Positions 54,975 through 64,000 of a stretch of 64,000 bases of DNA are shown piece by piece. Origin of the DNA: a virus (taxonomy: Duplodnaviria > Heunggongvirae > Uroviricota > Caudoviricetes). Location of the stretch: IMG/VR virus record IMGVR_UViG_3300044445_000054; one strand, written 5' to 3'. The notes under the pieces were generated by a model. The model did not search any database. It was not told where the DNA came from and saw nothing but the letters and a program-made list of their open reading frames with translations. Each line of letters starts with the position of its first letter. The first letter of the stretch is position 1. The position numbers and the translations under genes were made by a program.

Positions 54975-55823
54975 ATGGCCGACGTTCAGAAGTCCGCATT
55001 TGCCCTGTCCTCGGCCACGATCATGATCGGTCGCGCCTTCGTGGACGATGTTTTTGGTCTTTCGCCCGACAAGCATTCGGTCGGCATGGTGTCGGAGGTG
55101 AACATCGCCCTCGACAGCTCGCTGACGGAATTGATGAACGGCGTCGCGCAGGCCACTGTCGACTCGAAGCGCAGCGGTATCTCCGCCAGCATCACCGGCA
55201 ACGTCTACGAAATGACCGCGCAGAACTTCCTGCGAGCCAGCGCGCTGTCGACGACCGCCGTGCCGGTGAAGCGTGGCCGTCTGTCCACCGCCATTGCCAG
55301 CGGCGGTGTGTCGCTGTCGATCGTGTCCGACCCGATCCCCGGTGAGGCCACCTCGGCGATCACGGCGCTGACCGACATTCCGGCCGGGTCGACCATCCTG
55401 ATCCAGCGCGGCGACGGCGAGACGGACTACGTCTTCCCGACCGTCACGTCGGCAGCGGCGACGGGCACCGGCCCGTTCGTCGTGCCGATCGCGGGCACCT
55501 ATGCCATCCCCGCCGACCTGTCGTTCCCGGTCGGCGCGCGTGTCTGGGTCGTGCACCCGGTTCCGGTCGGCGACATCGACGCGGACGAGCTGTTCTGCGT
55601 GAAGATCGCGGGCACGCTGTCCAACTTCGATCGCCCCGTCGTGTACGTCGCGCCGAAGGTGAAGATGGTGAAGGGCTTCGGCATCTCGTTCAACGAGACG
55701 CAGTACAGCTCGATGCCGTGGGAAATGAAGCCGCTGCTCATGAGCCGCGGCGAGATCGCCTCGGCGGTCCGGCTGGCCGAAGTCGGCTCGCGGCGCTCCG
55801 GCCGACTGTACGTCGGCGGTTAA
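54975..55823 (+). CDS. major tail (tube) protein
   Basis: 283 aa. AAGGAG SD. A strong terminator directly downstream. Paralogous to the N-terminus of 40279..44232. Confidence 0.55.
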   Translation: MADVQKSAFALSSATIMIGRAFVDDVFGLSPDKHSVGMVSEVNIALDSSLTELMNGVAQATVDSKRSGISASITGNVYEMTAQNFLRASALSTTAVPVKRGRLSTAIASGGVSLSIVSDPIPGEATSAITALTDIPAGSTILIQRGDGETDYVFPTVTSAAATGTGPFVVPIAGTYAIPADLSFPVGARVWVVHPVPVGDIDADELFCVKIAGTLSNFDRPVVYVAPKVKMVKGFGISFNETQYSSMPWEMKPLLMSRGEIASAVRLAEVGSRRSGRLYVGG

Positions 55824-55849
55824 GGGGTTCTCCCTTGACGAATGCACGA

Positions 55850-55880
55850 GAGGCGGTCCAATGGGCCGCCTCTTTTGTTT
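55850..55880 (+). terminator. rho-independent terminator after the major tail gene
   Basis: GAGGCGG-tccaatggg-CCGCCTC followed by TTTTGTTT. Approximate coordinates. Confidence 0.6.
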
Positions 55881-55889
55881 GGAGCCATC

Positions 55890-56381
55890 GTGGCTGAAAT
55901 CCCCGTCGAACACGTCCGTGACTCGCACAAGCTCCTCGCCGACGGGCGGGTCGATTTGTTCGAGCTGACGCCGTCGGGCGGCACGGGTGTTATCCGGTTC
56001 AAGAACGACAACAACGTCACATGGCGCGGCCAGCTCTACACCGGCCTGCCGCTAACGCTCACCGGCGAGAAGCGCAGCGATAACGGCAACACCATGCCGC
56101 GGCTCCAGATCGGTCAGCCCAACATCGACATCTCGCAGTTCAAGGCGCTGGTCTACGACGGGTATCTGGACAACGCGATCGTCACCAAGATCACGGTGCT
56201 GCTCGACAACCTCATCAACAACCGCTTCATCCGCGAGACCACGACCTACCGCGTCAAGCGCGTCGAGGGCTACTCGCGTTCGCAGATTAGCCTCCAGCTG
56301 GCGACCCTCTCCGACAGCCTCGGCTTCTCCATGCCCTACCGGACGTACACGCCGCCGGGTTTCCCCTCGGTGCAAATGTGA
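55890..56381 (+). CDS. minor tail protein (lambda gpL/gpM-like by position)
   Basis: GTG start with GGAG SD after the terminator. The track ORF starts at 55842. Confidence 0.45.
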   Translation: MAEIPVEHVRDSHKLLADGRVDLFELTPSGGTGVIRFKNDNNVTWRGQLYTGLPLTLTGEKRSDNGNTMPRLQIGQPNIDISQFKALVYDGYLDNAIVTKITVLLDNLINNRFIRETTTYRVKRVEGYSRSQISLQLATLSDSLGFSMPYRTYTPPGFPSVQM

Positions 56382-56845
56382 TGAAGTACGAGCACCTTGT
56401 CGGCCGACCCTTCACGGGCATCGGCCGCGACGATTGCCTCAAGCTGATGCGCGACGTCTACCGCGACAACTTCGGCATCGAGATTTCCGACTACGCGCGC
56501 CCGCACGACTGGTCCTCGGACACGCTCGATCTCATGCGCCTGTGCTACCGGCGCGAGCGGTTCGAGATGATTACGGACTGGCGTCCGACGGACTTGCGGC
56601 CGGGCGATCTGCTATGTATGGCGATCGGCAGCAGCAATGCGAACCACTTCGCCGTGTACCTCGGCGACGACCAGATCATCCACCACCTGTACGGACGCAT
56701 GTCGTCGGTCGAGGTGTTCCGAGACTTCTACCGCAACTCGATCTGCTACGTGCTGCGGCACCCCGACGTCCCCAACCTCACGCCGGTCTACCCCGACGTG
56801 GACATTGCGAGTTTGCTCCGTGCTCGAAACAATCCTCCAGCCTGA
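56381..56845 (+). CDS. NlpC/P60-family tail peptidase (gpK-like half)
   Basis: Cys/His/His triad context: DDCLKL...NHFAVYLGDDQIIHH. Confidence 0.65.
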   Translation: MKYEHLVGRPFTGIGRDDCLKLMRDVYRDNFGIEISDYARPHDWSSDTLDLMRLCYRRERFEMITDWRPTDLRPGDLLCMAIGSSNANHFAVYLGDDQIIHHLYGRMSSVEVFRDFYRNSICYVLRHPDVPNLTPVYPDVDIASLLRARNNPPA

Positions 56846-57152
56846 CGACACCGAGGAGCGCTGCGGCCTCATCCTCAACGACGACTCGCTGGTCGAGATC
56901 GAGAACACCGCCGACGACAAGACGGGTAGCTACCACATGCGCGCCGAAGCGGTCCTGCCGTTCCTCGCCGCCGGGATGGTCAAGGGTACGTGGCACACGC
57001 ACCCGAACAGCGACCCGACCTTGAGTGGTGAGGATTATTCCGGCTTCCTTGATTGGCCCGGTCTGGTGCATAGCATCGTCGGCCGCCGCGATGGCGCGGT
57101 AGTCGTGACGACCTACAAGGTCGAGGACGGGCTGGTGATCGCATGCGACTAA
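56820..57152 (+). CDS. JAB/MPN (JAMM) metalloprotease-domain tail protein (gpK-like half)
   Basis: WHTHPNSDPTLSGED matches HxHx7Sx2D. Start approximate (GTG/TTG). Confidence 0.55.
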   Translation: MLETILQPDDTEERCGLILNDDSLVEIENTADDKTGSYHMRAEAVLPFLAAGMVKGTWHTHPNSDPTLSGEDYSGFLDWPGLVHSIVGRRDGAVVVTTYKVEDGLVIACD

Positions 57153-57673
57153 TCTTCCACGGCCAGCTCCGCACCCTCTTCGGCCCCGACGTGGTCATGG
57201 TCGCGCACCGCGTCGGCGATGCGATCGAGGGCTTCTCGCGTCAGGTCGCGTGGCCCAAGGACATGCTGATCGACGTGGTCGGTTTCAACACGCCCGAGAG
57301 CTTCCACGACTTCGCCGAGGAAGTTCACATCATGCCCGCGATGCGCGGCGGCGGCGGCAAGTTCGGATCGATCATTCTCGGCGCGGCGGTGGTCGCGCTG
57401 GGTGTCGCCCTGATCGCCACGCCCTTCGGCATCCCGCTGATCGTCAGCGGCGGCTTGATGATCGCGCAGGGCGTCATCGGCCTGTTCTTGAAATCCCCGA
57501 CGATCAAGGGCGTCAATGACCCCGAGGCGTCGAAGTACCTGCCCATCAACCGCAACACCACCGCGGTCGGCACCGTCATCACGATGGCGTGGGGCACGAT
57601 CGATCTGGCCGGACACTGGCTCAGCCTCCAGTCCGACAGCAACAATATCTCCTACGGCGTCTTCCCAGCATAA
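57143..57673 (+). CDS. tail assembly protein (gpI-like by position); Gly-rich, hydrophobic
   Basis: MRGGGGKFGSIILGAAVVALGVALIATPFGIPLIVSGGLMIAQGVIGLF. Confidence 0.45.
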   Translation: MRLIFHGQLRTLFGPDVVMVAHRVGDAIEGFSRQVAWPKDMLIDVVGFNTPESFHDFAEEVHIMPAMRGGGGKFGSIILGAAVVALGVALIATPFGIPLIVSGGLMIAQGVIGLFLKSPTIKGVNDPEASKYLPINRNTTAVGTVITMAWGTIDLAGHWLSLQSDSNNISYGVFPA

Positions 57674-57682
57674 GGACTGAAC

Positions 57683-58930
57683 ATGGACACTGCCACCCTC
57701 GAAAAGCTCAAGCCTTGGGCCACACCAATCCAGAGCGGCTACATCGACGCGATCATCGCCAGCGACGGCAACGTCAAGAAAGCCGCCGAGCTTCTCGACC
57801 GTCACCCCCGTAAGGTCCAAGAGGCGATCGCTCGCGTCCGCCTCGCCGCCGCCGGGCACGGATTTAGCCCGGAGCACGGCCTCAACTCACCAGTGCCCGC
57901 TCCGTTCATCGCCAAGGGCCACTCGACGCTCGAACGCGTGGAACTGGACGGCTCCCGCACCCCGGTCCTCCAATGGACCAAGACCCGCCTCGACGATCAT
58001 GCGTGGGCCGACCAGATCAAGCTCGGCGTCGAAGCCATGCTGGCCGACATCGAGCCGCGCGAGCTGCCCGCCGCGCCGCTGATCGGCGATCGTGACCTGA
58101 TCCCGTGGATCCAGATTGGCGACGCCCACCTCGGCATGCTGGCCCACGAGGCCGAGACCGGAGCCAACTTCGACCTCAAGATCGCCGAAGCCGAGCTGAT
58201 GGGCGCGATCGACATTCTGATCGACGACCTGCCCGAGGTCGAGCGCCTTGTCATCAACGACCTCGGCGACTTCACCCACTACGAGAACATGGCAGGCGTC
58301 ACCGAGCACAGCCGCAACGTGCTGGACTACGACGGCCGGTTCCCGAAGATGATCGAGGTCTATTCGCGCATGATGCGCGGGATCATCGAGAAGGCGCTGA
58401 CCAAGGCCGCCGTCGTGGACGTGATCGTCAATCAGGGCAATCACAGCCGCACGAACGACATCTGGATGGCGGTGCTGCTGCGGGCGCTGTACGAGGGCAG
58501 CGGGCGCGTCAACGTCCTGAACAACCGTTCGCCGTTCATCGGCTACCGGATGGGCAACACGTTCGTGATGACGCACCACTCCGACACCTGCAAGCCCGCC
58601 CGGCTGGCGTCGGTCATGGCGACCGACTTCGCCCGCGACTGGGGTGAGTGCGACTACCGCTACATCGACATCGGCCACATCCATCACGGCATGGTCCTGA
58701 AGGAGCATCCGGGCGTCGTGATCGAGAGCTTCAACCAGCTCGCGGCCAAGGACAAGTGGGCCACCGACGGCGGCTATCGCAGTCGCCAGTCGATCTCCAT
58801 GATCTATCGCTCGCGCACGTACGGCGAGATCGGCCGCCGTCTCCTGCCGCTGCGGCAGGTGCAGGACCGCATCCGCATGACGGCCACGGACCACTACGTC
58901 GCACCGGAGCGGCGGGCCTTCACCGTCTAA
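57683..58930 (+). CDS. calcineurin-like metallophosphoesterase with N-terminal HTH-like region
   Basis: GDAHLG, NDLGDF, GNHS, GHIHHG motifs. AAGGA SD. Confidence 0.7.
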   Translation: MDTATLEKLKPWATPIQSGYIDAIIASDGNVKKAAELLDRHPRKVQEAIARVRLAAAGHGFSPEHGLNSPVPAPFIAKGHSTLERVELDGSRTPVLQWTKTRLDDHAWADQIKLGVEAMLADIEPRELPAAPLIGDRDLIPWIQIGDAHLGMLAHEAETGANFDLKIAEAELMGAIDILIDDLPEVERLVINDLGDFTHYENMAGVTEHSRNVLDYDGRFPKMIEVYSRMMRGIIEKALTKAAVVDVIVNQGNHSRTNDIWMAVLLRALYEGSGRVNVLNNRSPFIGYRMGNTFVMTHHSDTCKPARLASVMATDFARDWGECDYRYIDIGHIHHGMVLKEHPGVVIESFNQLAAKDKWATDGGYRSRQSISMIYRSRTYGEIGRRLLPLRQVQDRIRMTATDHYVAPERRAFTV

Positions 58931-58960
58931 GGCGGTTGCCGGTCTTCTGTGTTGCATAAA

Positions 58961-58992
58961 GCCATCGCCCGCGGCACACGCGGGCGATGGCC
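58961..58992 (+). other. perfect 13-bp hairpin GCCATCGCCCGCG-gcacac-CGCGGGCGATGGC enclosing the tape-measure start codon
   Basis: The right arm contains the ATG at about 58987. No SD outside the stem. Confidence 0.5.
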
Positions 58993-61900
58993 AATAACGT
59001 CTATACTCAAGAAGTTTTCTTCGATGCCGACGGCAGGCCAGTTCTTGACGCCCTCAAGAGCGTCGAGGGCTTCTTTCTTAACATCCAGAAAATCGTCTCT
59101 GGCATCGGCATTAAGTCGAAGGAAGACGCGCAGGCATGGGGCCTCCAGCTCTCCCAGAACCTCAGTGCGCTCAAGCAGGCACAGAGCGACATGCGTGCCA
59201 TCCAGCAGAACCGCGAGTCCTATCAAAATAAGAAGGGCTTCGGTCAGCTGGAAGCGGCCGAGAAGGAGTCCAACCGCAAGCGGCTGATCGAGTACAAGGT
59301 GCTGACCGCCGACAAGGCGCGGGAGGCAAAGGAAGAGGCCAGCGTCGAGAAGGCCTTGGCTCGCGAGGTTGCAGGCTACGAGGCCGAGCTGCTGCGCGCA
59401 CAGGTCGCCCAGCAGAAGGCCGCCGACCGCGCCGCCATCGCGTCGGCCAAGGAAGTCGCCGCCGCCCGCCGCGAGGCGGCGCAGGCCGCCGTCACCGCCA
59501 AGGCGCGCGGGATCACGAACCGTGACGACATCACCGCCGCCAAGGCTGCGAGCGACGCCCGGCTGGCGCAGCTGCGGCGCGAACGTGAGGCGATGGCCTC
59601 CAACGACGTGGCCGCCGCCCGTACCATCGCCGACCGGATCAATCTGGAGAAGGTGCTGGGACGCGAGCTGGACGCCACGCTCGCCAAGCTGAACCGGCAG
59701 ACGGTGGCCGAAGAGAAGGCGCGTGACGCCGCCAACCGGCGGCTGACGGGCGTCGCCTACAAGGATCAGGCGCTGCTCGCGCCGTCTGCCGTGCAGAAGA
59801 CGGCGGCGAACCTCGGCGCGGTTGGGGCGCGCGACTTCTATAAGAACGAGCAGGCGACGGCTCAGTCGATCCTGCGCGCCCGCATCGCCGACACTCGGTC
59901 GACGCTGGAGTCGCGCGTCGAGGCACAGCGCAATCTGGAGATCGCCAACCGGCGTGTGATCGAGGCCCAGAAGCTGGTCAACGAGGAGAACAAGGTCGCC
60001 GCTGCGCAGGAGCGCCAGCTGCGCGCCGCCGAGCGCCTCACCCTGCAGGAGCAGCGCACGACCGAGCAGGCGGCGCGTCGTGCATTGCAGGAGCAGCGCA
60101 ACGCCGAGTTCGAAGCGCGTCGTTCGCCGATGGGCCGGATCAAGACGGCGGCCACCAACCTCGGGCTGTACGGCGGCGTCGCGGGCGTCGGGTATGCCGC
60201 CTTTGGCGCAATCCAAGGCGGGCTGAGCGAAGTCATCCAGATGGAAGACGAGCTGGCCAAGCTGCAAGCGATCGCCAACGCCACGGAGCCGCAGCTTCAG
60301 AAGATGAAGTCGGCGATCTACAGCATCGGCGAGGCGTCGCGCTTCTCCAACGTCGATCTCGCCAAGGTGGCGCAGACGCTGGCACAGGCCGGTGTGACCG
60401 CGGGCGACATGCAGAAGGTGCTGTCCAGCGTCACCACGCTGGCGACCGCGTCCGGCTCCACGCCTGACGAGGCCGTGAACCTCGTCACGTCGGCGCTCGG
60501 CGCGTTCCAGCTCCAGTCGAGCGAGGCAGCGCGCATCGCCGACCTGATGACGTCGGCCCTGAACCGCACCAAGCTCACCGTGCAGCAGACCGGCCAGGCG
60601 ATCCAGTACGTCGGTGCCACCGCGTTCGAGCAGAACATCAGCCTCGAACAGCTGCTCGCCACCGTCGGTGCCATCGCGCAGGCAGGTGTTCGGTCCGGCT
60701 CGACGATCGGTACGGGCTTCCGCCAGTTCCTCGTCGATCTCCAGACGCCCTCAACCAAGTTGCAGGCTCAGCTCGACGCCGTCGGGCTGTCAGCGGCGCA
60801 GGTCAACGTCGCCGTCCGCGGCCTGCCCGCGGTCCTGAAGTCGCTGAACGAGGCGGGCTTCGGGGCGGCACAGGCGTATGGCGGGCTGGAGACGCGCGCG
60901 GCGGCCTTCTACCTTGTCGCCAAGAACAACACCGACATCATGGATCAGCTCCAGATGTCGTTCGCCCAGCAGGGCGCGGCGGCGATCGCCAACGAGCGGG
61001 CGATGAACTCGCTCACGGCGCAGTGGCAGCGCTTCAAGAACATCCTGTCGAGCGGCTTTGCCGACAGCCTCGAAGTGCCGATGCGGTTCTTGCAGGACTT
61101 GCTCAAGCGCCTGTCGGATCGACAGCTGGAGCTGGACGCGGCGGCCGAGAAGCTGTCGCGCGCCGACAAGGGCGGGCTGGAGGGCTACCAGCAGGAGTAC
61201 GGCACGGTCAGCGGCGCGGTCGGCTATTCGCTGAACACCGCCGGTCGCGATGCGATGCAGCAGGCGGCCGACGACATCAAGTTCATCCTGAACGGCTTCG
61301 GGCTGACCCAGCTTGCGGGCGTCGAAGGCATCGGCGACCAGTGGATCGCCTATACGCAGAAGATCGCGGGCGCGAAGGATGCGACGGACGACTTCGCTAC
61401 GTCGGTGGCGATGAACAGCGAGAACGTCGAGGCGCAGTCCAACAAGATCAGCGAGCTGGACAAGGAAATGGGTCGCCTGCTGACGCAGCAGGATAGCCTC
61501 AAGGATGGCAGCACGCAGGTCTCGGTCGAGACCGTGAACCTGACCTCGCGCTTCCAAGGGCTGGCCAAGTTCCTCACCAACGCCAAGGACAAGTACGGCG
61601 ACCTGATGCAGGCGATGCAGCGGTATCGCCAAGAGGCATTGCAGACGCAGAACGCCTATCTCAACAGCCAGATTTCGACGTTCGGCGAGCAGGCCAGCAT
61701 GGCGCAGGGCCGCGCCACGACGCTCGCCAATGAGGCGCTGAGCAGCGGACGCTACAACAACGACCCGCGCCTCATCCAGGCTCTCAAGCAGCCGCGACTT
61801 CTCGGCAACGCCAGCTACATCGCCGATGCGGGTGAGACGCGCAACGACCCGGTGCTGCGCGAGCTGAGCAAGAACGTCGGCACGCTCGCAATGGCGACGG

Positions 61901-64000
61901 CCGAGCAGAACATCGCGCGGCAGCAGCGGGACAGCGTTCGCACGCAGGCGACCACCGGCGGCCAGTCGCTGGAGCAGCGCACGCTGGCGAGCGAGAGCGC
62001 GCTGACCAAGTTCACCAGCCTGTCGCAGGACGAGCAGAGGGCACAGGCTCCCGCGCTGCGGGCACAGGTTCAGGCGATCGCTTCCGAGACCGCAGCGCGG
62101 CTCGCCAACCCGAAGACCGCCGACGCCGCCCGTGCGACGCTCAGGACGTGGGAGGTGCGTGCCAACGCCGTGCTCAAGGGCGTGGACGCTGCGCTGGCCC
62201 CGACGAAGGGTGAGATCAAAGCCGCCGCGGCTGCAGAGCGGGAGCGCAAGGCGTCCGAGCGGACGGCCAGCCGTAACGAGACGCTGGTCACGCAGGCCGA
62301 CATCGACAAGTTCGGGCAAGACCTCGGGCTGACGCTCGGCAGCGGCGTCCGCACCAAGGCGGAGCAGAACAGCCTGCACGCACGCGGTGTCACGCGCGCG
62401 ACGGGTGATACCTCGTCGCACTCGAACGGCGGTGTTGCCCGCGACTTCGGCGTGCGTGGGCTAGACGACGGAGCGGCCGAGCGGATGGCCGCCACGCTCC
62501 GTGCCCAGTACCGCGCCGCGGGGATCGAGGCGCGGGTCAAGTATGAGCGCGGCGGGCCGAACGATGGCACCGGCCGCCACATCCACGTCGACGTTCGCAA
62601 GGGCGCGAAGCGTCGCAGCGATCGTAGCGAGGAGTTGCAGGACAACAACGAGCTGGACATCGCTCGGTCGCAGTCGTCGCTCGACGAAGAAGACGTGAAG
62701 ATCAAGCTCAAGGACGTTGCGCAGGCGAGCCAAGATACGTTCGACGCGGCGACCAAGGCGGCCCGCGCCGCGCTCGACAAGCTCAACGGCGGCCTCGAAA
62801 GCCTCGCGCTGCAAGAACTGGCGACCAGCGGTGTTGCGCCCGGCACGCCCGAGTTCTCGGCCAAGCTGTTGCAGGTCCGTCAGTCGATCGCCCAGAACAA
62901 GGCCGAGTTCGAGCAGAAGATTGCCGACGCGATCATCAAGAGCACCGAAGCGCAGATCGAGTCGGCGCAGACGGCGTTCGACCAGCAGACCTCCGGCGCG
63001 GCGGGCACGCTGGCATATTCGCAGGCGAGCGCGGGTGGGCTGGAAGCCTACTCGCTGCGCAACCGTGTGCCCGACTACGTCAAGCAGCTGGCGAACGACC
63101 GGATTGGTGCGGGTCAAGAGAACCTCGCGCGCGTTCAGTACGCCGCCCTGCCTTCGCAGATTGCCGCGCAGCAGGCCGCCATCGCCGCGGCGATCGCTAC
63201 CTCCGACAAGGAGGGCGTGACCGAGCAGACGCAGGCCAAGATCGCGGGCATGAACGTCGAGCTGGAGAAGCTGATCGCGAACCGCGAGGCGCTGGCGGCG
63301 CAGCTCGGCGCGGGCGGACTGGTGCCGACCACCTTGGGTGCAGGACTTGAGCAGGCCATTCAGGCGTTCCGTCAGGCGAACGTGCTGGGCAACACCTTCA
63401 GCCAAGACCTCATCATGAACATGGGCGGGGCGCTGGAACAGGTCAACGGCGGTCTGACGAGCATGTTCACGTCGATCATCGAAGGCTCGTCGTCGGCGCT
63501 CGGTGCCTTCGCCAGCTTCTCGAAGGGCATCATGGCCTACATGGTGCAGATCGCGGCGAAGGCCGTGGCGACCAAGCTGATCGGCCTGCTGCTCAACTTC
63601 GCGAGCATCGGCGTCGGCGGGACAGCGTCGGGCGGCGGCAACGCCGCGGCCTCCGGCAGCGCAGGTAGTGTGTCGCTCGGCGGGCGCAGCGTGGTCCCAT
63701 TCGTCAGCAACTTCAAGGGCGGCCCAATCACCGGCTACGAGCGCGGCGGCGAGGTCATGAATGGCTCGCGCAGCCGCGACAGCGTCAACTCCAAGCTGGC
63801 GCGCGGCGAGTTCGTCATGCAGAACTCGGCCGTCGACAGCGTTGGCACCGAGTTCATGGCACAGCTCAACCAGCACGGCGCGCGTGCGCTGGATGGATTG
63901 CAGGCGATGCCGAAGCTCGATATGCAGACGAAGACCGAGACCAACGTCTGGGTGGTGCCGGGTGATCGGCCGCAGACGATGGGTCCGAACGACGTCAAGC
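58987..64000 (+). CDS. tail tape-measure protein, partial (runs off the window end), with embedded M15/VanY-like peptidase motif
   Basis: Open frame, translated by eye over 5 kb: MANNVYTQEVFFDADGRPV..., Ala/Gln/Glu-rich coiled coil. TP901-type core ...MKSAIYSIGEASRFSNVDLAKVAQTLAQAGVTAGDMQKVLSSVTTLATASGSTPDEAVNLVTSALGAFQL... Around 62.4-62.6 kb: SSHSNGGVARD...GRHIHVDV, an H-x-D ... HxH zinc-peptidase pattern. No stop up to 64000, so not in the ORF track. Confidence 0.6.
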   Translation, partial: MANNVYTQEVFFDADGRPVLDALKSVEGFFLNIQKIVSGIGIKSKEDAQAWGLQLSQNLSALKQAQSDMRAIQQNRESYQNKKGFGQLEAAEKESNRKRLIEYKVLTADKAREAKEEASVEKALAREVAGYEAELLRAQVAQQKAADRAAIASAKEVAAARREAAQAAVTAKARGITNRDDITAAKAASDARLAQLRREREAMASNDVAAARTIADRINLEKVLGRELDATLAKLNRQTVAEEKARDAANRRLTGVAYKDQALLAPSAVQKTAANLGAVGARDFYKNEQATAQSILRARIADTRSTLESRVEAQRNLEIANRRVIEAQKLVNEENKVAAAQERQLRAAERLTLQEQRTTEQAARRALQEQRNAEFEARRSPMGRIKTAATNLGLYGGVAGVGYAAFGAIQGGLSEVIQMEDELAKLQAIANATEPQLQKMKSAIYSIGEASRFSNVDLAKVAQTLAQAGVTAGDMQKVLSSVTTLATASGSTPDEAVNLVTSALGAFQLQSSEAARIADLMTSALNRTKLTVQQTGQAIQYVGATAFEQNISLEQLLATVGAIAQAGVRSGSTIGTGFRQFLVDLQTPSTKLQAQLDAVGLSAAQVNVAVRGLPAVLKSLNEAGFGAAQAYGGLETRAAAFYLVAKNNTDIMDQLQMSFAQQGAAAIANERAMNSLTAQWQRFKNILSSGFADSLEVPMRFLQDLLKRLSDRQLELDAAAEKLSRADKGGLEGYQQEYGTVSGAVGYSLNTAGRDAMQQAADDIKFILNGFGLTQLAGVEGIGDQWIAYTQKIAGAKDATDDFATSVAMNSENVEAQSNKISELDKEMGRLLTQQDSLKDGSTQVSVETVNLTSRFQGLAKFLTNAKDKYGDLMQAMQRYRQEALQTQNAYLNSQISTFGEQASMAQGRATTLANEALSSGRYNNDPRLIQALKQPRLLGNASYIADAGETRNDPVLRELSKNVGTLAMATAEQNIARQQRDSVRTQATTGGQSLEQRTLASESALTKFTSLSQDEQRAQAPALRAQVQAIASETAARLANPKTADAARATLRTWEVRANAVLKGVDAALAPTKGEIKAAAAAERERKASERTASRNETLVTQADIDKFGQDLGLTLGSGVRTKAEQNSLHARGVTRATGDTSSHSNGGVARDFGVRGLDDGAAERMAATLRAQYRAAGIEARVKYERGGPNDGTGRHIHVDVRKGAKRRSDRSEELQDNNELDIARSQSSLDEEDVKIKLKDVAQASQDTFDAATKAARAALDKLNGGLESLALQELATSGVAPGTPEFSAKLLQVRQSIAQNKAEFEQKIADAIIKSTEAQIESAQTAFDQQTSGAAGTLAYSQASAGGLEAYSLRNRVPDYVKQLANDRIGAGQENLARVQYAALPSQIAAQQAAIAAAIATSDKEGVTEQTQAKIAGMNVELEKLIANREALAAQLGAGGLVPTTLGAGLEQAIQAFRQANVLGNTFSQDLIMNMGGALEQVNGGLTSMFTSIIEGSSSALGAFASFSKGIMAYMVQIAAKAVATKLIGLLLNFASIGVGGTASGGGNAAASGSAGSVSLGGRSVVPFVSNFKGGPITGYERGGEVMNGSRSRDSVNSKLARGEFVMQNSAVDSVGTEFMAQLNQHGARALDGLQAMPKLDMQTKTETNVWVVPGDRPQTMGPNDVK

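Noticed and set aside
58927-63876. Three long minus-strand ORFs (446, 543, 471 aa)
   Set aside because: All antisense to the continuous tape-measure frame. Arg/Leu/Gly-rich.
1-64000. CRISPR arrays, rRNA, integrase/recombinase, transposase
   Set aside because: No spaced direct repeats. No rRNA-like conserved blocks. No tyrosine/serine recombinase or DDE motifs found in any credible ORF of this window.

Overview
The window is GC-rich (roughly 63-66%) and contains no rRNA genes and no CRISPR array. It looks like one contiguous tailed-phage or prophage genome segment with a sharp strand switch at about 40.15-40.28 kb.

Left arm, 1-40140, is entirely minus strand. It carries early, replication and nucleotide-metabolism genes:
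- a partial 5' nuclease, an SNF2-family helicase, and a PrimPol + D5/P4-type primase-helicase;
- a T7-type ATP-dependent DNA ligase and a ribonucleotide reductase;
- a putative RNA-repair set: an Rnl2-like RNA ligase, two HD hydrolases (one SpoT-like) and a CCA-adding-type nucleotidyltransferase;
- an rIIA-like GHKL ATPase, an SPFH lipoprotein, a C5-methyltransferase-like protein and a second NTase;
- many small, translationally coupled ORFs.

Right arm, 40279 to the window end, is plus strand. It carries virion genes:
- a 1317-aa protein whose N-terminus duplicates the major tail protein, followed by Calx-beta-like repeats;
- a secreted beta-helix protein, terminase large subunit, portal, scaffold and major capsid protein;
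- tail genes: NlpC/P60, JAB/MPN, a metallophosphoesterase, and a partial tape-measure protein carrying an M15-like peptidase motif.

The tail region also holds a small minus-strand island. It encodes an RHH regulator plus a tail-assembly-chaperone-like pair joined by a candidate -1 frameshift at UUUUUUC.

Non-coding highlights:
- a permuted alpha-proteobacterial-type tmRNA-like gene (tag ANDNDSSEVMALAA) with an embedded tRNA-Thr-like 3' half;
- a palindromic operator family, TTYTAC-AGN-GTARAA, inside AT-rich islands at about 1.1, 2.1, 34.2, 40.2 and 48.6 kb; the 2.1 and 48.6 kb copies are about 50-bp identical inverted repeats;
- a second palindrome, CTTAAATGTTTAAG, in four copies at 35.2-36.6 kb;
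- an ori-like, lower-GC 385-bp gap with a perfect 18-bp inverted repeat next to the primase gene;
- two clear intrinsic terminators after the capsid and tail-tube genes.

Many long ORFs antisense to real genes are GC artefacts and were rejected. Coordinates I derived by hand, rather than from the ORF track, may be off by 1-2 nt.
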